A DNA stretch of 64,000 bases from positions 84,652-148,651 of IMG/VR virus record IMGVR_UViG_3300045988_130750; one strand, written 5' to 3'. Positions 18,924-28,116 of this stretch are shown here, piece after piece; positions within the stretch are counted from its first letter, which is position 1, and every line of letters starts with the position of its first letter. Under the pieces are notes generated by a model. The model worked only from the letters and a program-made list of their open reading frames with translations. It searched no databases and had not been told where the DNA came from. The DNA is from a virus. Position numbers and translations under genes: made by a program.

Positions 18924-19020
18924 TAAAGTTTAAAGTTATAAGGCTCAAATAACAACGCTCAGAAGTTCAAAGTTTAAATTATGAGTCAAAGTTAAAAGAG
19001 TAAATAGTAAAGTTGTAAAG
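18924..19020. repeat. iteron-like cluster of (T/C)AAAGTT(T)AAA units
   Basis: AAGTT cores lie at about 18927, 18934, 18963, 18970, 18989 and 19010. Two further copies lie at 17943-17967 upstream of gene 17980. Confidence 0.6.
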
Positions 19021-19568
19021 ATTTATCAAATCCTTGATACACAGTTTAGCATAGTTGTATTTGGCTATAAGCATCTGCAAGGCTGGTAAATGGTGAATAA
19101 TTTTATATAAAACCTTGGGTGTTTTATGGAGTGTTTAAGCACTCTATTTTTCCAAGAGTGAAATTAATGAGTTGCAGGAATATTCGAGAGTAATTAACTT
19201 GAATATTCCATTAAACATCCAAGTGAAAGGTAATCCCAAATATTCACAAAACAATGGGATAGAGGCTATGGTTCTTAGCCGTTTATCAAATATTTTGATA
19301 ATAAATGGTATTTTTAAAAGCCAATGAATCTGACATTTCTTTGGCTTTACAAACCTAGTGTTTACAAGGGTTTCAGAGGTCAAAAATTTCAAAAATGCTC
19401 AAATCGAGCAAAAATCCATAATTTTCAATGATTTTTAGAGAATAACAAAAATGAAGTGCTGAAAACCCCTTATAAATCAATGGTTTTACAGTATCAATAT
19501 CAAGAAACAGAGAATATAAGAATAACAAGAAATCACTGTTTCATTGGGAAATTTGAGGAGGTGAGAAT

Positions 19569-20072
19569 ATGGAAGTAAGAGTTAGATTATCGGATGCACA
19601 TAATACAATTAAAGAATATGAAAACTTAGGATACAGATTTATCGGATCAAGACAAGATATTAAATATGTAAACCTTTTCTTTGAAGAAGTCCATATACCA
19701 AAAGAGAATAATGTAACAGATATAAAATTTAACATCGGAGATTTCGTAGAAAATAGAGATGGAAGAATTGGTTACATTTCAGATATATGTCATTGTGATG
19801 AATGTAAAAAGCGTGGGTTCTTTGAGCCAACAATTCAGTATTCAGATGGTACAAACGATTACATATCAAATTATTCTGTAAAATACGTTTCTAAAGACTA
19901 TAAACAGATTGGTACTCAGAAGTTCGATAATGACTATTATGAGAAAGAAATTGAAAGCTTGAAACATCAATTAAAGATGGAGAAAAGTAAAAGTGCTTAT
20001 TGGAAGATGAAATCCAATGGAGAAGAACCTGTTTTAATGGGTACAAGAGAAGGAATGGTTCACATTCTTTGA
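19569..20072 (+). CDS. hypothetical protein
   Basis: ATG follows tgaggaggtgagaat. Contains CHCDECKK. Confidence 0.55.
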   Translation: MEVRVRLSDAHNTIKEYENLGYRFIGSRQDIKYVNLFFEEVHIPKENNVTDIKFNIGDFVENRDGRIGYISDICHCDECKKRGFFEPTIQYSDGTNDYISNYSVKYVSKDYKQIGTQKFDNDYYEKEIESLKHQLKMEKSKSAYWKMKSNGEEPVLMGTREGMVHIL

Positions 20073-20106
20073 TAGTAACAGAGGATATATGGCTAAGAGG
20101 TGAGAA

Positions 20107-20505
20107 ATGAATACACAGCTATGCAAAGCAAAAAGCATTCGTAATGGTTAATGGGTTTATGGATATTATGTAAAGGGTTTAGATATGTATGATAAAGAAA
20201 TTCATCTGATATTTGAACCTACGACAGTATTTTATTCTCATGGTGAAACCGATGGTTTTGAAGAAATAGATCCAAAGACATTATGTAGATGCACTGGCAG
20301 TCATGATAAGAATGGTAATTTAATCTTTGAAAACGATATTCTAAACGGAGAATTATATAATGTAGTCTCTTATGGGAATGGTGAGAATGAATTTCTTGGA
20401 ATGAATGTTGGTTGGTACGTTCAGAGAGATAATTTTGAATCATGGTGTGAATTAAACGATTTAGAAATGTATGAAGTAACAGGAAATATCTTAGATAATA
20501 TCTAA
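20107..20505 (+). pseudogene. YopX-family gene with in-frame TAA at codon 15
   Basis: ATG 20107 follows taagaggtgagaa. The product reads MNTQLCKAKSIRNG*WVYGYYVKG...IDPKTLCRCTGSHDKNGNLIFENDIL. The TAA (20149-20151) sits where the YopX consensus has Lys (NGKWVYGYY). The ORF track only shows the 20185 restart. Confidence 0.6.
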
Positions 20506-20609
20506 TTAGTCTTGAACGATTCAGTTCAAAAATTCCAAAATAAAATGTCACGAATAATATATAAAAATCGAGACAAAAAAGAGAATAAATAAGTGAGGTG
20601 AGAAATATT

Positions 20610-20792
20610 ATGAAAAGTTATAATTTTGAAGTTGCACATGGTTACGATGTATTAAAAGGTTTTGTTGAAGCAGAATCAAAAGAAGAGGCAATTAAAAAGA
20701 TTGAAAATGAAGAATGGAACGATGTTTATGATGAGTGCGATGGCGGTTGGGATGAACCTGTAAAAGGATATGAGATTATTGATATTTGGTAA
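20610..20792 (+). CDS. hypothetical protein
   Basis: ATG 20610 follows gtgaggtgagaaatatt. Confidence 0.5.
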   Translation: MKSYNFEVAHGYDVLKGFVEAESKEEAIKKIENEEWNDVYDECDGGWDEPVKGYEIIDIW

Positions 20793-21024
20793 AATTCTTA
20801 ATAAATCTAATCCGACTTAATCAAGTCAAAAATTCCAAAAACAAATAACTGAACAGAGAATATATGAATGGGTGGTTAGCAGCATACCCTTGAGTTTTTG
20901 CACTCAAAAATCACTGTTTATGGATAAATTTTCATATAGATTTACTTCCATGTTCCGTCCTGATAAGGGCGTTTATATATAAGTTATTTATTAAATTTTA
21001 TTACATATAAGGAGGATTCATTTA

Positions 21025-22236
21025 ATGAATTTTGAAATGACAGGAAAGTTAAGTATCGGTAAGGAGAGTGAAAAGTTCCATCCTTATCAGGAAAAACAGT
21101 TTGATTCTGGTTGGGTACGCAAGCAGTTAATGTTTAATGTAGCTTGCGGAGACAACAGACACATGATGACTGTTACATCAGGTGCTTTTGCGGATGGTCA
21201 CGGTGATGTGTACACATTTTCTAAGAGTGGTGTAGATGAAAATGGTAATAAGGTTAAGGGTGAATCATTAAAGATTCCATTTAAGGAGAGACTTACATCA
21301 TCAAAGTTAGCAGAAGTTGCAGAGTTTAAGAAGTTCATCTTCGATCTTGAAAAGCCAGGTCGTAGATATAAGCTTGAAAAAGCTGCTGAAAAGGTTAAGG
21401 AAGGAACAAGTCTTACTGATAAAGAGTTAAAAGAGATTGGTCTTGAGAATGAAGCAGATGTAAATGCGGAGCTTGAAAAGAGTAACAAAAGAAGACATGA
21501 ATTTATTTCAGAATGGGATTTCATCGACTTTATCAAGAAAGTTATTGATAGTGGAAAGTATTCTGATAAGAAGTTCTTCATTCGTGGAAATGGTGAGTAT
21601 CAGTATTCAGACAAGAATCAGAGAGTTTATGAATCATATGTTCCTAATCGTATTTATCTCGCAGCAGACGATGCAGAAGAGAGTTCAACAGCTACAATTA
21701 ATATCTTATTTAACTCAGAGAGTTTAGATGATATGAGTGTAGAAGAGAAGGGTAAGTATTATGTGAATGGATACATGATGGAATATGACAATAATCGTAA
21801 GGGTAATATTGCTGTGCCAGTTACAATTACAATTCCAGTTCCTTCAGATGATGCTGATGAAAAGGCTAAGAAGAGAGCAGAGTCAATTAAGCATAAATTT
21901 ATTGTTGATGATGATACGTTCAAGGAATATGGTGCAGTCGTTAATATGCTTAATGGTGCTCAGAAAACAGAAATTACAGAGGACATGCTTACTGATGAAC
22001 AGAAGGATGACTTAGAGTGTGGTCTTATTACTATGGATGACATTCGTGCAGAACTTGGTGGAAGTGTATATGGTGAAAGGATTAGAGAGTATCAGTTCTT
22101 AAAGCCAGCAAAGGGATTCACTAAGGGCAGACAAGATACGGTATATACAGAAGATGATATGGTAATTAAGCCACTTGAAGAGGAGCTTCCAGAAGGAACA
22201 GAAGACCTTTTTGAAGATGACGATGATGAACTTTAA
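21025..22236 (+). CDS. putative ssDNA-binding protein (acidic C-terminal tail)
   Basis: Strong SD (taaggaggattcattta). It is the first gene of the replication block. The C-terminus EDLFEDDDDEL resembles SSB-type acidic tails. The call rests on inference only. Confidence 0.35.
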   Translation: MNFEMTGKLSIGKESEKFHPYQEKQFDSGWVRKQLMFNVACGDNRHMMTVTSGAFADGHGDVYTFSKSGVDENGNKVKGESLKIPFKERLTSSKLAEVAEFKKFIFDLEKPGRRYKLEKAAEKVKEGTSLTDKELKEIGLENEADVNAELEKSNKRRHEFISEWDFIDFIKKVIDSGKYSDKKFFIRGNGEYQYSDKNQRVYESYVPNRIYLAADDAEESSTATINILFNSESLDDMSVEEKGKYYVNGYMMEYDNNRKGNIAVPVTITIPVPSDDADEKAKKRAESIKHKFIVDDDTFKEYGAVVNMLNGAQKTEITEDMLTDEQKDDLECGLITMDDIRAELGGSVYGERIREYQFLKPAKGFTKGRQDTVYTEDDMVIKPLEEELPEGTEDLFEDDDDEL

Positions 22237-22243
22237 AAGAGAT

Positions 22244-22260
22244 GAGGGCATTTTGCCCTC
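22244..22260 (+). terminator. weak stem-loop after gene 21025..22236
   Basis: GAGGGC-ATTTT-GCCCTC forms a 6-bp GC-rich stem. The T tract is poor, so this may be an attenuator rather than a terminator. Confidence 0.3.
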
Positions 22261-22300
22261 TCTCGATAATAACAAATAGAAATATGGAGGAATTATATTA

Positions 22301-23440
22301 ATGAACAAACCAACATTACAGAGATCGGCAACAGAGATTAATAAGATTACAGGATTTATTATGGGAGTTCGTAAGTTTGGTAAGACAAGTTTATGGGCAG
22401 ATATGATTAATGCCAAATTTGGAAATCCAGAAAAAGGATTGTTAGTATCTTGTGGTATGGAGCACGGTACTAATATGATTGATAATATTTTTACAACACA
22501 TGCAAATACATGGAAAGATTTAGTTGAAGTAAAGGATTGGCTTATCAAAGAAAAGGGTAAAGAGCATGATGTTGAAATGGTATGTTTCGATAGTGCAGAA
22601 GAGTTTTTTGGTATTGCAGAATCAGAGGTAATTAGATTATCTATTCTTGAGAATGGAAAGAAGATTAAATCAATCAAGGCTGCTTATGGTGGATATACAA
22701 ATGGCGAAAAAGAGTGTGCAAAGTTAGTTAAAAAGTTTCTTAATGACTTATATAATGCAGGAATTATGCCTTGGATGATTGGTCACACAAAATTAAAGAC
22801 AGTAAAAGATAAAGCATCTCTTGACGAAGAGGGATTTCAGAGATTGGGTTCATCTCTTATTGCGGATTATGAGAGTGCAGTTGCTGATTGTTTTGATATT
22901 ATTGCAACTGGATTAATTGATAGAGAGATCGAGGAAAAAGGCGAAGGGGATAGCACAAAACGTTATGTAAAAGAAACAGAGCGTAGATTATATTTCCGTG
23001 GCAATGAAATTGTTGAAGCTGGTGGTAGATTAAAGGATTTATCAATCCCTGAATATATCCCATTTGACCAGTTAAATATGGGACAGACATTTATTGATAC
23101 AATTGAGACTGCATTAAAGAATGGTCGTGTCGATTCTGTTTCCACCAAGAAGCCTGCACCTAAGAAGGTAACACCAGTTAAGGAAGAAAAGGTTGCTAAA
23201 CCTGACCCTATTGAGGAAGACGATATTGATGATATCGACACACCCGTAGAGGATACAATTGAAGAGACAACAGAAACTTCTGCATATCCAGATGATTTAG
23301 ATGCTGTTATTCGTAAGATGTACAAGGAGTGCAAAGATGCAGAACTAAAGGCATCTGTTAAGAATGTAATTGCTGAGTATGGCAAGCTTAATGATGTCGA
23401 TGAGGACGGATTAAAGAGAATCTACGACATGATGAACTAA
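22301..23440 (+). CDS. AAA_24 / Sak4-like RecA-fold ATPase
   Basis: Walker A-like GVRKFGKTS, a Walker B-like hydrophobic strand VCFDSAEE, and an acidic C-terminal third. Confidence 0.5.
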   Translation: MNKPTLQRSATEINKITGFIMGVRKFGKTSLWADMINAKFGNPEKGLLVSCGMEHGTNMIDNIFTTHANTWKDLVEVKDWLIKEKGKEHDVEMVCFDSAEEFFGIAESEVIRLSILENGKKIKSIKAAYGGYTNGEKECAKLVKKFLNDLYNAGIMPWMIGHTKLKTVKDKASLDEEGFQRLGSSLIADYESAVADCFDIIATGLIDREIEEKGEGDSTKRYVKETERRLYFRGNEIVEAGGRLKDLSIPEYIPFDQLNMGQTFIDTIETALKNGRVDSVSTKKPAPKKVTPVKEEKVAKPDPIEEDDIDDIDTPVEDTIEETTETSAYPDDLDAVIRKMYKECKDAELKASVKNVIAEYGKLNDVDEDGLKRIYDMMN

Positions 23441-23452
23441 AAGGAGTAACAC

Positions 23453-23932
23453 ATGCTGGTTAAATGTAGACTGTGTGGTACTAAAGTAGATAGAAATGAA
23501 GCATTCAAAGTGGTAGTAGGTGGCAAAAACACCTACTATTGCAATGAAGCTGAATATCAGAAAGTATTGCACGAAAAGGAAGTAAAAGATAATACATACG
23601 AATGTATTAATCAGATATTTGGATATAAAGTTTTAAATTCCGCTTTGTTCAAAGAGATAAATCTTTTATTAGATGTGTATTCTTATGAACATATTTTGGC
23701 ATATCTAACAGAGAATAAAGAGTATATAACAAGGGTTCTTGAAAAGGATTTTGTAAGTGAATATGCAAAAATTCGGTATTTCGCTGCAATACTTAAAAAT
23801 AATTTGACTGACTTTAAAATGAAAGAGTCTGAAAAACCGAGAGAAGTTGAGGTTGATATGCCAATTATGAATTATAAGAGAAGAAATAAACGTAGAAGTT
23901 TATCTGAAATTGAAGAAAGCGTAGGTGATTAA
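23453..23932 (+). CDS. hypothetical protein (N-terminal CxxC...C zinc motif)
   Basis: ATG follows aaaggagtaacac. Contains CRLCGTK...YYCNE. It sits just upstream of the helicase, so it could be a loader or initiator. Confidence 0.5.
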   Translation: MLVKCRLCGTKVDRNEAFKVVVGGKNTYYCNEAEYQKVLHEKEVKDNTYECINQIFGYKVLNSALFKEINLLLDVYSYEHILAYLTENKEYITRVLEKDFVSEYAKIRYFAAILKNNLTDFKMKESEKPREVEVDMPIMNYKRRNKRRSLSEIEESVGD

Positions 23933-25484
23933 CATAAGTGAATTTATTACAGGTGTAAAAGAAAAATATCCTGCTCAATTATTAAAAGGTAGAATTGAGT
24001 ATGAAGGTAATGTTATCAGTTGTTTTTTCAAGGATATGCTTCTGCTTGATGATACAACATTTGAACAAAAAGATTTTATTACAGCAGATGGTCTTTTTTA
24101 TTTTTCATTGTTAAAAAATCTGAGAAAAAAAGGGTTTTATTCCTTAGATGAGATAACCATCTTATCAAATATGAATGAAGAAGTTATTGAGAAATTTGAG
24201 GATAGAGGTGGTTGGGATACAATTCAACACCAAATTGACATTATCAATACTCAGAATTTTGATACATATATAGATATTCTTTATAGAGAGAATATTATGT
24301 TGAATATGTATAAGGATGGTTTCAATCTTTTGCAGGAAATAACTGTGGGAGATAAAAAGGTAATACCTCTGAAATTGTTCAGAAAAATGACGGCTGAAGA
24401 AGTAACAGATTGGTATGAAGCTCGTATATCTAGTTATGGAACTGGTTATAACAGTAAAATACTTGAAGAGGAAGAGATTGATTTTGACGATGAATTCATA
24501 GAGTCCTGTAAAGATGGCGAAGAAAATGGTGTACCATTTGATATTGCTGGTTATGATAAAAATGGTGAAGAAATGAATTGCTTCCCGTTTTTATCACGAC
24601 AGATTATGGGATTGCTTGAAGGGACACTTACAATGATGGGTGGGTTCTCAAGTGCAGGTAAATCTACTTGGTGGATTACAATTCTTATGGCACTTCTGCA
24701 TTATGATCGAAAAATTCTTATTATCTCCAATGAGGAGAATATCAAAAAATTCAAGATTAAATTCATGGTTTGGTTGCTTGGAAAACGTAATAGATATTTT
24801 AAACTCACAAAGAAGAAAATGGCATCTGGTGATATTAATGCCGAAAGTAGAGAGCAATTGACAGATGTACAGAAATTTTGGAGAGAGAATTATAAGGGTA
24901 GAGTTAAATTTATTTCTATCAATGATGCTGATATGCGAGTTGTAAAGAAAAAAATTCGTGAAAATGTATTGAGATATGGATATGACACTGTATTATATGA
25001 CACATTTAAGATACAAGAAGGAGATTTTTCATCTGCAAGGCAAGACTTATCTCTCGTAAGAGACAGTCGTGAATTAGATAAATTAGCAAAGAAATACAAT
25101 CTGATTATGCTTGCTTCTGTGCAGTTAGCAGAGTATATGAAAGGAAAGCTATTCTTGGATGCAAGCTGTTTGAGTAATGCTAAACAGATTAAGGAAATAT
25201 TGGAAAATCTATTCCTCATGAGAACTGTATACGCAGAGGAATTGGATGAAAAGAGTAAATTCTATTGTCGTCCATTTCGACTAAAAAAGGTCAATGATAA
25301 ATGGATAGAAGAAGAGTATAAACCTGATCCTAATGCCGTATGGCGTATGGTTTTTGTTGAGAAAACAAGAAATGGCAACAATTCCAGTGATACAGGTGTT
25401 GCTTATCTTTTGAAGTTTTCAGGCGACCATTGCATTTTCAGAGAGACTTGCCAGTGTAGACCCCGACATGGAGAAATAAAATAA
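23925..25484 (+). CDS. DnaB-like replicative DNA helicase
   Basis: Walker A is GGFSSAGKSTWW. A RecA-like C-terminal domain has a Walker B-like strand VLYDTF. GTG start overlaps the upstream stop. Confidence 0.7.
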   Translation: MINISEFITGVKEKYPAQLLKGRIEYEGNVISCFFKDMLLLDDTTFEQKDFITADGLFYFSLLKNLRKKGFYSLDEITILSNMNEEVIEKFEDRGGWDTIQHQIDIINTQNFDTYIDILYRENIMLNMYKDGFNLLQEITVGDKKVIPLKLFRKMTAEEVTDWYEARISSYGTGYNSKILEEEEIDFDDEFIESCKDGEENGVPFDIAGYDKNGEEMNCFPFLSRQIMGLLEGTLTMMGGFSSAGKSTWWITILMALLHYDRKILIISNEENIKKFKIKFMVWLLGKRNRYFKLTKKKMASGDINAESREQLTDVQKFWRENYKGRVKFISINDADMRVVKKKIRENVLRYGYDTVLYDTFKIQEGDFSSARQDLSLVRDSRELDKLAKKYNLIMLASVQLAEYMKGKLFLDASCLSNAKQIKEILENLFLMRTVYAEELDEKSKFYCRPFRLKKVNDKWIEEEYKPDPNAVWRMVFVEKTRNGNNSSDTGVAYLLKFSGDHCIFRETCQCRPRHGEIK

Positions 25485-25502
25485 TAACTTTTGGAGTGAT
25501 AT

Positions 25503-26531
25503 ATGTTAGCAGATATTAAGAAAGAACTGATAAATCACCCAGATAAGCTTAAAGATGTATTAGAACATTTTGGCTATTGTAACATAGTAATTCGTCCTAA
25601 ATATATATCTCTTGGACGAGATGAGAAGTCATCAAAGAAAAGTATAGTAATCAATCTCGAAAACAACGAGTATTTGTATACCATTGATTATGCGAGAAAT
25701 ATAAGAAAAGATATTTTTTCGTATATTATTGAGCAAAGAAAAGTTGAATTTATAGATGTACTTAATGAAGTAAGACATGCATTAGGGATTACAGATTATT
25801 ATGATTTCTTTGATAACAAAGGAATTTTTGGAGGATTTTATGAAAAGATTAGAAAGCGAAGAACTAATAAAGTCAATACATATGATGATTCCATCTTAGA
25901 TTGCTATGTTAATTGTGGGAATATAAGGTTTCTTGCTGATAATATATCGCTTCTTTCACAAAAATTTTTTAAAATAAAGTATGATGTAGAATCACAAGGA
26001 ATTGTTATTCCCATAAGAAATCAATTTGGACAGTTAATGGGTGTTAAGGAACGATTCAATTATGATGTTCCTGATGGTGAAATGAAATATTTTTATGCTG
26101 TTCCTTGCAGCATGAGCCAAACATTATTTGGATATTCTCAGAATTATGAATTTTTAGTAGATAATACTATCTATATCTTTGAGGCTGAGAAGAGTTGTAT
26201 GCAGTGCTATTCATACGGAATAAGAAATTGCGTATCTCTTGGAAGCGGATCTATTTCTATTCAACAAGTCAAAATGCTTCTCGAATTAAATCCCAAACGA
26301 ATAATCTTCCTACATGATGTAGGATATGGACTTGAAAATATTATGAGAAATATTGATATGGTCAAAAATTATTCCAGGTTTACAGAAGTTGAACTTGGAT
26401 ATTGGAGTTACTTCGGTCGAGGATATGAGAATAAAGTTTCGCCATCTGATTTAGGAAAAGAATGTTTAGAAAATATTTTACAAAATGAGATAACAATGAT
26501 TGGAGATGAGGATGACGAAGACGAATTATAA
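25503..26531 (+). CDS. DNA primase-like (Toprim) protein
   Basis: IYIFEAEKSCMQ carries the Toprim Glu and IFLHDVGYG is DxD-like. It lies between the helicase and the RecJ-like gene, as in SPbeta yorJ. Confidence 0.5.
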   Translation: MLADIKKELINHPDKLKDVLEHFGYCNIVIRPKYISLGRDEKSSKKSIVINLENNEYLYTIDYARNIRKDIFSYIIEQRKVEFIDVLNEVRHALGITDYYDFFDNKGIFGGFYEKIRKRRTNKVNTYDDSILDCYVNCGNIRFLADNISLLSQKFFKIKYDVESQGIVIPIRNQFGQLMGVKERFNYDVPDGEMKYFYAVPCSMSQTLFGYSQNYEFLVDNTIYIFEAEKSCMQCYSYGIRNCVSLGSGSISIQQVKMLLELNPKRIIFLHDVGYGLENIMRNIDMVKNYSRFTEVELGYWSYFGRGYENKVSPSDLGKECLENILQNEITMIGDEDDEDEL

Positions 26532-28116
26532 AATATTAAACGATTGTCGTGGGATGTATGAAGATGAAGTATTTGATACGATTCTTAATCAAAGAGGGAT
26601 CGAAAATGTTGAACATTTTTTAAATCCAACAGAAGAAGATTTATTACCATTAGATTCATTATATCGTATAGATGAAGCATATCAAAGAGTAGACTTTGCA
26701 ATTACAAACAATGAATGTATAGGAATTTTGTTTGATACCGATTTAGACGGTATTACTTCTGGAACAGAAATGACAAGATATCTAAGGCATTTTACTACAA
26801 ACATTAAGACTTATATAGATGAAGGTAAAATGCATGGTTTGATAGGACAAGATTTAGATCAGTTCAATGGAATTGATTTATTGATTATTGTAGATAGCTT
26901 GGATAAAGATGTCTCTCAATATAGAAAACTTAAAGAAATGGGAATAGACACAATTATCCTTGATCATCATGCAATTAAAGAGAATGAATCATATGATGAA
27001 GTTTCAATTTTAGTATCTTCACAAAGGAATTATGAGAATCCACAATTATCAGGAGCAGGTGTTGTATGGAAGTTTTGCAAATATCTTGATGAACAATATA
27101 TTACAGATTATGCAGATGAACTTATTGATTTAGCAGCTTGTGGAATCGTTGGAGATATGATGGATATGACTGTTATGGAGAATAGATATATTGTCTCTAA
27201 GGGATTGGAGAAAATATATAATCCAGCAGTTAAAAAGATAGTTGGGGGATTTGAATTTAATAGTACAGCTATTGCTTTTAGTATTGCTCCGATTGTAAAT
27301 GCCAGCAACCGTATGGGTAAGAATGATGTGGCAATGAAAGCTTTTTTGGAAGATGAAAATAAGAAAGTATTGGCTTATGTAAAGGAATTAAAAAAATGTA
27401 AGGAAGATCAGAATATTGAAGTTAATAGATTGTTACCAGATGTATTGGAACAATGCAACTCACAGTCAGATAAAAAAATAATTATTACATATATAGATAC
27501 TCCATATGGTATCAGTGGTTTATTGGGTAACAAATTACTAGAAAAGTATCAAAAACCAATCCTTGTATTGAAAGATACAGGAGAAAATTACTCTGGTTCT
27601 ATGAGGGCTGTAGGAGTGGATGACTTTAGAAAAATATGTAATGAGAGTGGTTTAGCAAAATGTGATGGTCATGAACTTGCGGCAGGAATCACAATTGAAA
27701 AATCTGATATAGATAGATTTGCATTATATATAGAAGAAACTCTTCCAGAATTAAATACTGATGTTTCAGTGGATGTTGATATTCGATTAGATGTTTCTGA
27801 TATTACTCGTAAGCTTGTGGAGAATATAAAGAAGATAGATAGAATATCTGGAACAAATTTCAAACCAGTAAAGGTGTTTATCAATGGAATAAATGAATAT
27901 GAAATTGGACAAATGAGTGATTATAAACACTTGGTTGTAAAACCAAATGATTATTTACAGATTATTAAGTGGAATTTTGATGGTTTATTTGATGAAATGG
28001 AAGATCATAGCATGATGAACGATGAATTAGAGGTTGTATGTACTCTTGATAGTGGCTTTCTGGGTAGAAAATTTGTTCTAAAAGCAGTGTGTGATGAGAT
28101 TAAGGAGGTGGCTTGA
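26512..28116 (+). CDS. RecJ-like DHH-family single-strand DNA exonuclease
   Basis: Motifs are FDTDLDGITSG, IVDS, ILDHH and GHELAAG. ATG 26512 follows ttggagatgagg. Confidence 0.7.
   Translation: MTKTNYKILNDCRGMYEDEVFDTILNQRGIENVEHFLNPTEEDLLPLDSLYRIDEAYQRVDFAITNNECIGILFDTDLDGITSGTEMTRYLRHFTTNIKTYIDEGKMHGLIGQDLDQFNGIDLLIIVDSLDKDVSQYRKLKEMGIDTIILDHHAIKENESYDEVSILVSSQRNYENPQLSGAGVVWKFCKYLDEQYITDYADELIDLAACGIVGDMMDMTVMENRYIVSKGLEKIYNPAVKKIVGGFEFNSTAIAFSIAPIVNASNRMGKNDVAMKAFLEDENKKVLAYVKELKKCKEDQNIEVNRLLPDVLEQCNSQSDKKIIITYIDTPYGISGLLGNKLLEKYQKPILVLKDTGENYSGSMRAVGVDDFRKICNESGLAKCDGHELAAGITIEKSDIDRFALYIEETLPELNTDVSVDVDIRLDVSDITRKLVENIKKIDRISGTNFKPVKVFINGINEYEIGQMSDYKHLVVKPNDYLQIIKWNFDGLFDEMEDHSMMNDELEVVCTLDSGFLGRKFVLKAVCDEIKEVA

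Noticed and set aside
19144-19392. 82-aa minus-strand ORF, the only track ORF inside the long non-coding gap.
   Set aside because: It has no SD and no similarity I can recognise. Its orientation is opposite to all surrounding genes. It spans several hairpins that look like RNA or DNA structure rather than coding sequence.
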